A stretch of DNA of 63,742 nucleotides, filler included, from Octopus bimaculoides (GCF_001194135.2; 6 parts of 6 records of this genome joined end to end with filler, not necessarily neighbours in it), one strand, 5' to 3'; shown: positions 12,324-25,822, numbered from the whole stretch's first letter. Notes: generated by a model not told the origin, from the sequence alone. Numbers and translations: made by a program.

Positions 12324-12690
12324 GGTTGTTGGCTCTCCGTCGGTTGCGACGACGAGGGTTCCAGTTGATCCGATCAACGGAACAGCCTGCTCGTGAAATT
12401 AACGTGCAAGTGGCTGAGCACTCCACAGACACGTGTGCCCTTAACGTAGTTCTCAGGGATATTCAGCGTGACACAGTGTGACAAGGCTGGCCCATTGAAT
12501 TACAGGTACAACAGAAACAGGAAGTAAGAGTGAGAGAAAGTTGTAGTGGAAGAGTACAGCAGTGTTCGCCATCATCCCCTTTTAGGTGTTTTCGCTCAAT
12601 AAACACTCACAACGCCCAGTCTGGGAATCGAAACCGCCATCCTATGACCGCGAGTCCGCTGCCCTAACCACTGGGCCATTGCGCCTCCAC
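12324..12690 (-). mobile_element. Family A SINE, full length, with 8-bp TSD
   Basis: TSD CATGGAAT at 12315-12322 and 12691-12698; short (AAC)n tail. Confidence 0.92.
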
Positions 12691-13086
12691 CATGGAATGT
12701 TAACAGACAGAAAGGATTGGAAAAGGCAGAAAGTTATGGAAATTCCCTAGAGATAGTAAAATTTTCAAAAACCAAAGCTAACCTAATGTTGCAAGAAAGA
12801 TACAGGGATGGTTTAACGGTCGGTTCAAGGCGTAAAACATATTGCATGGTGGAAGTTTTGTGAAGAGGGAGAGTGAGAGTAACGGTGATAGGAGATTATA
12901 GCGGAGTAAAAGAAGGAAGCCAAGGGAGATAATAAGTTGATTGTTGGGGTGTGTGCGTTAAACGTGTGCGCTTCCATAATAATGAGAGTGTGTGTGTGTG
13001 TGTGTGTGTGTGAAAGATCCGTACACAAGCAACCAATGAGTGGCAGATGGAAGGGGTTAAGTGTTGGTGTGAGTGCGATCCATCAG

Positions 13087-13127
<41 letters not shown>

Positions 13128-14703
13128 TTATCTATATTCATTTGTCTGTCTCTGTCTATCTAATTACCTGACAATCTAGCTAGCTAGCTTATTTATCTAG
13201 ATCCCTAAACTAGAAACCAATAAATAAATATTACCCCAGCCTATATTAGCATCTCAATGAAGGACAATCACGCAATATGGAAGAACGGTATAAGAAGGTG
13301 TGCGTGTGCGCATGTGTCTCCGTGTGCGTGTGCTCATGCGTGTGTACACATGCGCATATGCGTGTGAGTGTGTCTGTGTGTATGTGGGAGCATTTGTCTT
13401 CATGTATGCATATTTACATACATATATATGTATGCATGTGCATACACACATATATAAAGACACTTATGCCTATACGTGATACACGCATAATATATATACA
13501 GAGAGATAAAACTGCGTGCGAAAACATGCACGCGAATACGCGTTTATATATGTACAGTCATACAAGCATCTATACATACGCACATACACATATATGTATA
13601 TATTCTCACATGTGTGTGTGTGTGTGTAAAAAATGACAGAAAAACAGAGAGGGAGAACCATATAGATGGGACATGTAGATTATTCATGAGATTTCAATAT
13701 AGTTTAAGCAACGAGAAGATAGATCCTCTGGCTAATTTTTTCTTGCAAATATTAATATTTTCAAAATAGTATCATTTAGAAATGAAATACAAGAGTTCCT
13801 CACTCGGCATATATAAGCATACATAGGTGCGCATGTGTGTGTGCGTATATATATANNNNNNNNNNNNNNNNNNNNNNNNNNNNNNNNNNNNNNNNNNNNN
13901 NNNNNNNNNNNNNNNNNNNNNNNNNNNNNNNNNNNNNNNNNNNNNNNNNNNNNNNNNNNNNNNNNNNNNNNNNNNNNNNNNNNNNNNNNNNNNNNNNNNN
14001 NNNNNNNNNNNNNNNNNNNNNNNNNNNNNNNNNNNNNNNNNNNNNNNNNNNNNNNNNNNNNNNNNNNNNNNNNNNNNNNNNNNNNNNNNNNNNNNNNNNN
14101 NNNNNNNNNNNNNNNNNNNNNNNNNNNNNNNNNNNNNNNNNNNNNNNNNNNNNNNNNNNNNNNNNNNNNNNNNNNNNNNNNNNNNNNNNNNNNNNNNNNN
14201 NNNNNNNNNNNNNNNNNNNNNNNNNNNNNNNNNNNNNNNNNNNNNNNNNNNNNNNNNNNNNNNNNNNNNNNNNNNNNNNNNNNNNNNNNNNNNNNNNNNN
14301 NNNNNNNNNNNNNNNNNNNNNNNNNNNNNNNNNNNNNNNNNNNNNNNNNNNNNNNNNNNNNNNNNNNNNNNNNNNNNNNNNNNNNNNNNNNNNNNNNNNN
14401 NNNNNNNNNNNNNNNNNNNNNNNNNNNNNNNNNNNNNNNNNNNNNNNNNNNNNNNNNNNNNNNNNNNNNNNNNNNNNNNNNNNNNNNNNNNNNNNNNNNN
14501 NNNNNNNNNNNNNNNNNNNNNNNNNNNNNNNNNNNNNNNNNNNNNNNNNNNNNNNNNNNNNNNNNNNNNNNNNNNNNNNNNNNNNNNNNNNNNNNNNNNN
14601 NNNNNNNNNNNNNNNNNNNNNNNNNNNNNNNNNNNNNNNNNNNNNNNNNNNNNNNNNNNNNNNNNNNNNNNNNNNNNNNNNNNNNNNNNNNNNNNNNNNN
14701 NNN

Positions 14704-14758
<55 letters not shown>

Positions 14759-14920
14759 GTCGAGAACGGAAAAGAGTGAAGAACGTTCAGTGGTCCTGTA
14801 GTAAGATATATTTCAATCTCAGTTAAAAAGAGACATTTTCAAGACAACGCCCACAATATATTTGCTATTATTGATTAGTTTCATAGCAATATATAGCAGA
14901 AAAATATATACATACATGCA

Positions 14921-14962
<42 letters not shown>

Positions 14963-15679
14963 CATAAATACATACANNNNNNNNNNNNNNNNNNNNNNNN
15001 NNNNNNNNNNNNNNNNNNNNNNNNNNNNNNNNNNNNNNNNNNNNNNNNNNNNNNNNNNNNNNNNNNNNNNNNNNNNNNNNNNNNNNNNNNNNNNNNNNNN
15101 NNNNNNNNNNNNNNNNNNNNNNNNNNNNNNNNNNNNNNNNNNNNNNNNNNNNNNNNNNNNNNNNNNNNNNNNNNNNNNNNNNNNNNNNNNNNNNNNNNNN
15201 NNNNNNNNNNNNNNNNNNNNNNNNNNNNNNNNNNNNNNNNNNNNNNNNNNNNNNNNNNNNNNNNNNNNNNNNNNNNNNNNNNNNNNNNNNNNNNNNNNNN
15301 NNNNNNNNNNNNNNNNNNNNNNNNNNNNNNNNNNNNNNNNNNNNNNNNNNNNNNNNNNNNNNNNNNNNNNNNNNNNNNNNNNNNNNNNNNNNNNNNNNNN
15401 NNNNNNNNNNNNNNNNNNNNNNNNNNNNNNNNNNNNNNNNNNNNNNNNNNNNNNNNNNNNNNNNNNNNNNNNNNNNNNNNNNNNNNNNNNNNNNNNNNNN
15501 NNNNNNNNNNNNNNNNNNNNNNNNNNNNNNNNNNNNNNNNNNNNNNNNNNNNNNNNNNNNNNNNNNNNNNNNNNNNNNNNNNNNNNNNNNNNNNNNNNNN
15601 NNNNNNNNNNNNNNNNNNNNNNNNNNNNNNNNNNNNNNNNNNNNNNNNNNNNNNNNNNNNNNNNNNNNNNNNNNNNNNN

Positions 15680-15723
<44 letters not shown>

Positions 15724-16064
15724 CATAAATACATACATATGCTAGATATTTATGCGTGAGTGTGTGTGAAGGCATAATCATATAACAGTTTATTAGTTTA
15801 TCTATCGTGTGTATGTGTGTGTATGTGTGTAAGTGCGCGCGAGTACGTATGTATCGGTAATGCATATGTATATATATTTCGAGTAAACATTTATATTCAT
15901 ACAAGTCCTCCTACATATGCATTCCTATATAACTTTGCATGCATTAATGTACGTATGTTATTGTATGCAACCGTGTACGCATGCCTAATCATCTTGTGCA
16001 CAATCACACATCTCAAGACGCACATAGATATATTTGCATACTGATACATGCATACATTATACAT

Positions 16065-16125
<61 letters not shown>

Positions 16126-16187
16126 NNNNNNNNNNNNNNNNNNNNNNNNNNNNNNNNNNNNNNNNNNNNNNNNNNNNNNNNNNNNNN

Positions 16188-16240
<53 letters not shown>

Positions 16241-16629
16241 CACGGTGATGCATATTTACGCATAAATATTCATTGGTACATATGGAACCATATGTGATTG
16301 ATATGCGTGTGAAGTTACATGCAAAATTATGCATACGTCACGGTATATATAGCTGTGCGTGTCTGTGTGTGTGTATGTGTGTGTGATTGTTGGTGTGCTT
16401 ATAATGCCGAGTGTACTTTGTCGCTTACAGACGCACACGCACACACACACACACACACACAAATATCTATGCCAACGCGCATGTGTATGGACGTACACTC
16501 ACAGACAAACACACACTCACGCACAACGCATGCACATGCATACATATCTGTATACATGTTTCTGTGTGTAAATACTTCTAAATATATATAATATGTAAAT
16601 TTACGTTTCGCCTTATGCTCATACCACTG

Positions 16630-17045
<416 letters not shown>

Positions 17046-18993
17046 GTCATGCATACAAGATAACAGTTTTATTGGTTTTTTCCATTCTACATTGATAAAT
17101 TTTCAATAATGTATTTATTTTATTCTTTTTATTTACTTTTTTTTTTTCATGATTTCTTTTTCAAACTAGATTTTTGTTATCTCTTATTTTGTTTGATATT
17201 ATTTTCTATACCAATAGTTTAACCATGCCAACTTATTGATCAATAACTGACAATCAGTAATGTCAGCCAGCTTAGTTGACAGGTGGATTAATATCTGATA
17301 TGTGCAGTAAAAACACCAATTATATAAAGTTGTTAACCATGTTGGACTAAAATTTAAATAACGTGATATACATGAAGAAAAATAAACATTAATGATGTAT
17401 ATATCTCTCTTCCAAATTTAAAACCTTGTGCTTATGTTAGAAATCAATAACTTGTCTAACATTTCCTTTATATAAACAGAATTTGCAAGTTTGAAAGGAA
17501 GTCGTAGTTTTGTGGGGATTGGAGCAGTCAATTTAGTCAACCTGTTACACTGTGTGTTTGCTTTATGGACAAATGAAGAAACGAAAAGGAAGTTCAATAG
17601 CAGTCGGATTTGAACGCAAAACGAAAGGTACAAACTATATTTCCTGGTTTTTCCACGTTTCTATGTCTATGAATTTTAATTGGATTTGGATATGCACTTT
17701 GTCAGTATTCATGATCAAATGATTTTACGAAATTTTTCTTTGTCCTCAAAGTGTTCTTGTAAAGACTGTATGGAGATCCTCGTTGATACTCAGATATCTG
17801 GTCATCAATGGATTTTTCTGATACTAGTCTGCTATATGTTGAATAAGGAATGAAGCAAAACTATGGCGAGGAATTCTATCCAGTGGTTTATGAAGTCGTC
17901 AATTTAACAACCATATAATAATGAAATGGAACGAGTGGGTGTGATTATTTAGACGGTAAGGATTTAGCACTGCGACTGGACATTGAACCCGTCATGGTGA
18001 CAGCACTTTTAGCACTAAAAGCAAATGCACTCGTGCGCGGAGAAATATACACATACAGATAGAGACAGGGAGAGACAAAGGGAGAGAGAAGAATTTATTA
18101 ATTGAACATGATTGACATAGACGCTTTGACCCTCCTCCTATGCCTAAACAGAAATATGCTCGCTCACATGAAGAAAGAAAATAGAAAAATGGAGGAAGTG
18201 AGAAGGCGAGAAGCATTTTGACTCATTTCAAATAAGTTAACGTCAAATAAGCAACGACAAGCAGATAGAACCAAAACGGCTATGCCAAAACGTTTCAAAT
18301 CCTATAATAATTATTTCTGACTTATACGTAAAACGGTTAATTTTGTTAAGAGTGTTATAGTAGATTAAGTATATTGTTTAACTGGCACTTTATTTTATTG
18401 AACCCGGAAAGATGATAAAAAAAAGTTGTCTTTCTACTGATTTTTCTGTAGGCAGTAATTTATATTTTCTTTATTTTGCGGAGAGGTAAAAATTCACGCA
18501 AGCATGAAAACCTAAGATTATGTAATGTATACATCTATATACATAAAAGTGAAATTCTGTTCGTCCGTCTGGGACTCCTGAATTTCAGTCTACATTATGC
18601 CTTTTTGGAATCTAAATTATATCTTTTTGGAATCAAAATGATCCCAGGATTGAAAATCTGACCTTCATTTCGTTCTTGAACATCGAGCATGTAAAAGCAT
18701 TTGGACTGCTATTTCTAGCAGGTAACGTGACCATGGGAGGTTTCAAACTGTTTACGATAGTTACTTCCCTTAGCTATAGCGACATTCTGTGTCAGAAAAC
18801 TAAACAAAACTTTTTTAATTTAACACCTCCATTACCTACAATTAATAAACGCGACATTCTGTCTGTCAACCGATAATACTGTTCATTCTGCTGCTTCACA
18901 TTGATCTCCAAATGCCACAGTGATACAAAATTCTCCAAATGTGATACTCTGTGATATAAATCTGAGATGGTAGGATAACAATGAATATTATTT

Positions 18994-19040
18994 ACATTAT
19001 TTACAATTGACGGATATTCGAGTTCGATTCCAGGCAGTGA

Positions 19041-19091
<51 letters not shown>

Positions 19092-19244
19092 CAACAACAA
19101 CAACATCGAAAAATACCCAGGAATGAGACCTCAGGTTCAAAATTTCTCCAAGACACCTGATGAAGGCTGGAGGGAATATCAGCGGAAACGTTGTGTTAAC
19201 AACAAACAAGATGAGGACAAATATCCGTCAATTGTAAATAAAGT
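18994..19244 (+). mobile_element. Hammerhead-bearing tRNA-headed short element, copy 1 (5'-truncated, with an inverted copy of its own 3' end)
   Basis: B-box remnant GAGTTCGATTCC, (AAT)n(AAC)n tract and hammerhead at 19152-19197. A perfect 22-bp inverted repeat lies at 18997-19018 and 19220-19241. Homologous to 56272-56497. Confidence 0.75.
19152..19197 (+). ncRNA. Minimal type-I hammerhead ribozyme motif
   Basis: Stem I GACAC/GTGTT; core CTGATGA; extra A; stem II GGCTGG/TCAGCG (closing pair broken); GAAA; loopless stem III AC/GT; predicted cleavage after 19192. Confidence 0.65.
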
Positions 19245-19254
19245 ACTGCTTTAT

Positions 19255-19475
19255 AGTATTGGTTTCAAATTTTAACACAAGGCTAGCAAGTTCGAGGAAG
19301 CGAGTACGTCGATTACAGCGACCCCAGTCCTCAACTGCTACTTATTCTATTGACCCTGAAAGGATGAAAGGTTAAGTCGACCTAGGCGGAATTTGAACTC
19401 AGAATGTAAAGACGGACGAAATTTCGTTAAGCATTTTGCGCGGCGTGCTGACGATTCTACCAGATCGGTGCCTTA
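19255..19475 (-). mobile_element. Family C SINE
   Basis: Same head and central domain as the 5858 array. Confidence 0.8.
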
Positions 19476-20394
19476 CTGGTTTATATCGTTACTTGTAGGT
19501 CATTGTTGAAGTTACCTAACAATAGCATATAATGTTATAGAGTTATGAAACATAAAAATTCATAATACAAATATTTATACCTTTTATATGTATGTATTTC
19601 TTAAATCAATTGATTTTAGTGTCCTCAAATGCTAGTATCGCCACCTTAGTGGGATTTCTTCACACACAAAATACCTATCAGTTTCTAAATGACTGTTTCA
19701 GTCTTGTTTCAGTCTGAACAATTTGCTATTTCATAATTTACAAGTCTCATCTACATTTTTATTTAAATAACAATGACTTGAGTTATTTGTTCAAGTCAAC
19801 TCGAAGAGGCTGAGAATTTCATCAGATAGAAAAGACTCTAATCTTAGCTTCTTCAATATCTCCTGCTATAGCTGACTTCCCTTACCAAAAGCCAAAACAG
19901 TTAAGTGATTTTCCCGTGCTTAGATGACATCAAGGGTTTTTACAAGATATGATATGCCCAGATAATAGCTACTGTCATTCTTAACAAAAGATGAAAGCTC
20001 GCAAATAGACAATGCACAAATTTTGGATTCTTGAACCGGGATTGCAGTCAGACAATCCATGTAATATTTTTGACAAAACGCATTTTCCTGTTGACTACGT
20101 TCCTATATGTATAGTCTTAACTGGAATTGTATTTACCTTTTATCGACATTACTTGACCAATATACTTTGCAAAATCGTTTGAAGTTCTCGGCTTAAAAAC
20201 TGCGCAGTCTAAGGACATTCGCTATTGTCCATCATTAGATATATTCTTCACTACCCCGCTGTAAAATGCAACAGCGTGCATTCTAATGGCAGCGTTTCAT
20301 AGATAGCACAAGTCTATTTTCTTAACAACACTCCAATTACCAAGAGCTTCTCCTTAGCTTGCGCTTGATCTAGTAATGCAGCTTACTCGGCTTA

Positions 20395-20448
20395 ATGATT
20401 GCCATATCTTTCCAACTTCTGTGGCTACTCGTTTCTGTTGTCGGCAGT
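20395..20448 (+). CDS. Candidate first coding exon encoding a signal peptide (MIAISFQLLWLLVSVVGS)
   Basis: First in-frame ATG after a TAA at 20374; hydrophobic 18-aa stretch ending in small residues; phase-0 donor GTAAGC at 20449. Confidence 0.5.
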
Positions 20449-20732
20449 GTAAGCAAAACTCTGGTTGTTGAGAAAAGTTCCACTCTGCTGCAGAGGAGGG
20501 AGTAGGGGAAAGGGAAGGGTGGGAAATGGAGATGAGGAGAGGAGAGGAGAATGATGAGGAAGAAAGAGATGGGGGAAGGGGAAGAGTGGAAAATGGGGAT
20601 GAGGAGAAACAGTCGCAAAGCAAGCAGATAAGGAGTTTCATAATCTTTTATCAGGTTCTCGTTGGTCACTTTCTACTTTCGTAGAAAATTGCCAGGACTT
20701 ATTAAGTGCATAATGACCAGGGGACAGCTCAA

Positions 20733-20740
20733 TGACGTCA
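20733..20740. promoter_or_regulatory. Palindromic CRE (TGACGTCA) in unique sequence
   Basis: Exact consensus about 285 bp downstream of the candidate first exon; a Sox-like CATTGTC lies near 20804. Motif match only. Confidence 0.25.
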
Positions 20741-21189
20741 ATGCATATTTAAATTATTCCAGCATACAATTCATTGATTAGAGCATTGATCTAAATGAAC
20801 AGCCATTGTCAAAGACAATATACCACACAATATTGAGATGGCTTAAACAAGAACACTGCCAAATTAAATAACATTAAAATTGGAAATAGTTTAATCGCTT
20901 TCTGCTTAATTTGATTACGAGATATAAAGCCATGAAGTAAAGATGGTTGCTTTTCTGTTGTTTTGTATTTTTCTGGAATTTGAAGAGAATCCATTTAAAA
21001 TTTGAGTTCAAATTCCACTGAGAAAGATTTTTTCTTTCATTAATCCGTGGTAGTAATCAGATTCTGAGGTCAATACAATCGGTGATCCTCAGCATTAATG
21101 GCCTTCTGTAACTATACGAATTGTATATGTAAATACTAATTACCAGTTCCGCTAACAATACTCTTCTTTAAGATCACAAATTCTGAAAT

Positions 21190-22760
21190 GCTTTTAGACC
21201 CGTAGGTCCTGGCACTTCTATAAACTTTTGTGAACCCTCTCTAGAACCTTGTAACCTTTGCTGTCGTCTTTTCCGGGACACATGATCAGCTCGGACTAGG
21301 TCATCCAACGACAACACCGACTCGAACCTGACACTCTAAGACGCAACAGCTACGTTTTTAGAGTAGAGCTGATTTCACTGTATACCTCAGTGCCGGTTCT
21401 CCCCGTTCTAGATCGGATTACAGTATACGTCACTTCCTTGAACCTTCAATGCTTCGGACTTACATCTGTGATATCCACCAACTCACTGTGGCCATTGTTA
21501 CCAAGACGCAGTTTGACTTTCTCGGCAACACATACAATGTTCAGACCTGCCTATGGGGGTCCAACCTCTCAGATCTACTGGTTATTACTTAGACCAGCAA
21601 GAGCGCAAAACACTCATTGCCTACTGCACGTGCCCTTTTTCACTAGTTATAGAGGGGACATCCCCATACTCACACTTTCCCATGAGGAGGCCGACAGAAT
21701 ACTAAAAACCTTCAAAAACCTAGACTTACATGTCGAGTTCACTACCTGCACATCGAGGTCACTATCGAACAGCCTGACAACGATTCTTATTTCTTTACTG
21801 CTCACAAGGGGCTACACACAGAGGGGACAAACAAGGACAGACAAACGGATTAAGTCGATTATATCGACCCCAGTGCGTAACTGGTATTAATTTAATCGAC
21901 TCCGAAAGGATGAAAGGCAAAGTCGACCTCGGCGGAATTTGAACTCAGAACGTAGCGGCAGACGAAATAGCGTTAAGCATTTCGCCCGGCATGCTAACGA
22001 TTCTGCCAGCTCGCCGCCAAGACAACGATTCATCCCTGTCTCTACTCAATTTTTCGATTACACATTACAAGTGAGAGAAAAATCGACATGATGTTACACC
22101 CAAAAGCAGCCAACTGAAACTTCAAGTTGACCCTCGCCGTCGTTACATACGGAACTCGATCGCTCGCATCCATAGAAGATGCAGTGACAGTGTGACTCAG
22201 AAAGTTTCTCAAAACCCTAAGAATCAAAGGGTACGAAGCAGCCCTTACTAACACCTTCCAAGGACAGAAAACCAGTTAAACGTGGTTTGAGAAATCTTTA
22301 ATACTTATTTTCTGGGGGTACCTCACTGTAACAAGAGGAGCGATACAGCCATCTGTCAGGCTATTTGCAAGGAAGACCTCGACACTCCACTAGGCTACTA
22401 CACCGTGCTTAAGTAGACGCCTGTCAGTAAGATATTATTCATTGAACGACATCCCTGCACACAAGCTAACTATACTATCTGCAACACCAACAAGTGCCTA
22501 CGTACCTACGTGGCCTACCAGTTACGGTGTTCCAAATGAAGTGATTATTACGTCGGATGTACGATCCGACCACTCAAAATCCGGCTGAAGAAATATCTGA
22601 CGACAAACGCGTCTACCCTCTGCAAACACATTCTACAATACAGTAACAGCACCAACGATATAGAAGCTTTCATTCTGGCCGCAGAGAGGAATTTTGGAAA
22701 CCTCCTCATCAAAAATCTTCCATTATTCACCAACTTAACCCGATGATCCACAACCGGGTT
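21190..22760 (+). mobile_element. Decayed Penelope-like element (RT plus GIY-YIG), split by a SINE
   Basis: RT remnants ELISLYTSVP, QFDFLGNTYNVQ, FFTSYRGDI and LHIEVTIEQPDNDSSLSLLN (restored across the SINE). GIY-YIG remnant: VAYQLRCSK*SDYYVGCTIRPLKIRLK. Confidence 0.8.
21787..22018 (-). mobile_element. Family C SINE (tail type c), full length, with 11-bp TSD, inserted in the PLE
   Basis: TSD GACAACGATTC at 21776-21786 and 22021-22031. Confidence 0.92.
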
Positions 22761-23648
22761 GGGTTGCTGGCTTTTAAAAGCTGCTCACCATTGTCAAATT
22801 CACTGCTGCCATGAACAATATCACCTCTTCAACAATAGTTATTACTTCTGCCTGTTCTAGAACCTTACCACCTAACACACACACACACACACACGCACAC
22901 AGAATCATGCTAATAGCTTAGAGTGAAACTTAAGATTTCTTGGTATTCTGTGAATCAATTTTGATAAAAACCTTTCCCAGTGATTTGCACATTATGGCAA
23001 CACCATTGTTATGTTTTCATTATTCTGTGTAACGTCCTTTCTTTTTTACTTCTTATTCTTCAGTTTTGGGTTGAACCACGCTTATAGCGTCTCTCTTAAC
23101 GATGAAAAAAAAGGTCTGCCATCCAGGAAAGTGCTAAAGGCACCTCTCTTCAGCTCGAAATGAAGAGCAGATGGACAACCGACAACTGATGAAAGGTCGT
23201 TTTTTTATGTTATTTGTCTTGTTTTCCATTTGTTTCTCTCGNNNNNNNNNNNNNNNNNNNNNNNNNNNNNNNNNNNNNNNNNNNNTTAATTAATTAANNN
23301 NNNNNNNNNNNNNNNNNNNNNNNNNNNNNNNNNNNNNNNNNATATGGTAAAAATTCGATATTAATTAATATCAATTTAATACCAGGAAACTAGCACATTA
23401 AAAGAATCAGAAGGTTCATGAAAAATTTTTTTTCGAGATCCTAAAAAGATTATAGTACTTGTGTATACAGGTCTGTCAATATGCTAGAAGAAGCTCACTT
23501 AAAAAATTCTCAAATACGGATTCAGCGGAGCAAAAACAGGCGGGCTAGACCAGTGAAAATTGTACATACCTCGATTATCTGCAGACTATAGTTTCAAAAC
23601 CAATACTTCCAAAATAAAAGTATCTATTTATCTTCAGTACAGATTGCC

Positions 23649-23776
23649 GATATTCTTACAATCGAACATAATCTCGTGCTAGTTGAATTTTAATCTTTAT
23701 AATGGATAGAATCACGTGCACGTTTTCACTGGTTGAAGACAACTAGCACGAGATTCTGTTCGATTGTAAGAATATC
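23649..23776. mobile_element. 128-bp MITE-like element with 37-bp inverted repeats
   Basis: GATATTCTTACAATCGAACATAATCTCGTGCTAGTTG (23649-23685) matches its reverse complement at 23740-23776 with one mismatch. A TA TSD is possible. Confidence 0.75.
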
Positions 23777-23799
23777 TATCTATCTATGTATATATAATT

Positions 23800-23955
23800 T
23801 GGGATTCTTTCAGATTCCGTCTTCCAAATTTACTTATTAGGCATTGGTTAGCTCTTGTTTATCGTAGAAGACTCTTGCCCAAGGTGGCGCACAATAAGAT
23901 TGAACCCGAAACCGCATGGTTGCAAAGCGAGTTTCTTAACTACACAGCTAATACT
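23800..23955 (-). mobile_element. Family B SINE head fragment
   Basis: Matches the head and CORE part of the 4838-5193 copy. Confidence 0.65.
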
Positions 23956-24089
23956 TGGCCAAATTTGGTGCATGTGAGTGATGTCGATACATTTGCACTT
24001 AGATTGTTTTCTCTACAATGTCTTCTTTCTGTGGAGATGTTACAGAGGATTCTTACTATTTTTATCTTGTGTGTCTGATGATGATATTC

Positions 24090-25200
24090 ATATATGTTGT
24101 TGAGTGTAAATGGTTGTTTTTATATGATGTTCGTTAGTGTTACAAATAAGAATGCAACTGGTAGATTTGGCAACCTGCTACTAATCTACTGCTTGATGAA
24201 GGCTTGAGGTAGTTGTGGGGATTTATGTCTAGGAAATGGTAAGAGGAAGTAATTACAGTGATCCTCTTTGAATACAATTGTGTTTATGTTTCGTAAAGTA
24301 TGGGAAATTATTGTATGTATGAATTTACATGAGTAAATGAGCGGAGAGGTGATAAGGTACTGTTTTATTGGTAATTGCTGATTATTGATGTGTTGCTAGT
24401 GTGATATGGAGGCGCAATGGCCCAGTGGTTAGGGCAGCGAACTCGCGGTCATAGGATCGCGGTTTCGATTCCCAGACCGGGCGTTGTGAGTGTTTATTGA
24501 GCGAAAACACCTAAAGCTCCATGAGGGAATGGTGGCGAACCCTGCTGTACTCTTTCACCAGAACTTTCTCTCACTCTTACTTCCTGTTTCTGTTGTGCCT
24601 GTGATTCAAAGGGCCAGTCTTGTCACACTGTGTCCTGCTGAATATCCCCGAGAAGTACGTTAAGGGTACACGTGTCTGTGGAGTGCTCAGCCACTTGCAC
24701 GTTNNNNNNNNNNGACCGGGCGTTGTGAGTGTTTATTGAGCGAAAACACCTAAAGCTCCATGAGGGAATGGTGGCGAACCCTGCTGTACTCTTTCACCAG
24801 AACTTTCTCTCACTCTTACTTCCTGTTTCTGTTGTGCCTGTGATTCAAAGGGCCAGTCTTGTCACACTGTGTCCTGCTGAATATCCCCGAGAAGTACGTT
24901 AAGGGTACACGTGTCTGTGGAGTGCTCAGCCACTTGCACGTTAATTTCACGAGCAGGCTGTTCCGTTGACCGGATCAACTGGAACCCTCGACGTCGTAAG
25001 CGACGGAGTGCCATCTCTCTATCTCTAGTGTGATATACATGGGTCTGCTGCCTTGAAAACTAATAAACACCTTTTGTATCTGATTTTGCAAGATCCTTGA
25101 TGTGAACTCGTGTGTTGAAACAAACAGAGTAGAACGAGCATGTCATTGTGATGAGGTTGTGAAAGTGAACAAAAGACTTTGACAAACCTGACTGATTGAT
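24090..25200 (-). mobile_element. Highly decayed PLE RT relic, interrupted by a family A SINE
   Basis: Minus-strand remnants resemble (L)PFLDI and HIKTTIY of the PLE RT C-terminal region. Weak evidence. Confidence 0.3.
24408..25024 (+). mobile_element. Family A SINE with 12-bp TSD; internal part duplicated across a 10-N gap (assembly artefact)
   Basis: TSD CTAGTGTGATAT at 24396-24407 and 25025-25036. Confidence 0.9.
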
Positions 25201-25419
25201 TCATCGAACAATTAATCAATCAGTCGATTAGCTAATTGGTGACGTAGTTAACTAATCGACAAATATATAATAAAGAAGTGAAGTAGAACCAGTGCGTGAG
25301 TTATTATTGGTATAATGGCGCTCCCGAAATACAACAGAAGTAAACACTTTATATTGTTTGTAAGTTGTTTAATATCTTATTTACATGTTTAATATCTTAT
25401 TTATATGTTTAATATCTTA

Positions 25420-25791
25420 TTTATCGACTCCAAAAGGATGAAAGGCAAAGTCGTCCTCGGAGGAATTTGAATTCAGAACATAAAGACGGATGAAATGTCG
25501 CTGAAGATTTATACCCGGCGTGGTACCAATTCTGCCAGCTCGACGCCTTGAGTTTAATATTAATAATGTATTTTAATATTGGTTTCAAATTTCAGAACAA
25601 GGCCAGCGATTTAGGGAGAGGAGGTAGTCGATTACATTGACTCCAGTACTCAACTGGTATTTATTTTATCGTTCACGAAAGGATGAAAGGCAAAGTCAAC
25701 CTCGGAGGAATTTGAACTCAGAACATGATGACGAACGAAATATCATTAAGCATTTTGCCTGGCGTGCTAAAGATTCTTTCAGCTCGTTGCC
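25420..25791 (-). mobile_element. Two tandem family C SINEs
   Basis: A 17-bp TSD TAATGTATTTTAATATT at 25564-25580 and 25793-25809 flanks the second copy. Confidence 0.85.
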
Positions 25792-25822
25792 TTAATGTAT
25801 TTTAATATTAGTAATATTCTAT

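Noticed and set aside
19185-19192. The SINE target motif GAAWCGTT equals the hammerhead GAAACGTT segment
   Set aside because: No SINE is inserted in any hammerhead in this window, so this is treated as coincidence.
20354-20641. Minus-strand reading EVGKIWQSLS resembling an HMG-box helix
   Set aside because: Too short. The opposite strand gives a better-supported signal-peptide exon, and the apparent pyrimidine tract is just a GA-rich repeat.
24476-24943. Apparent exact tandem duplication inside a SINE
   Set aside because: The two copies are identical and separated by a 10-N gap, which indicates unmerged overlapping contig ends.
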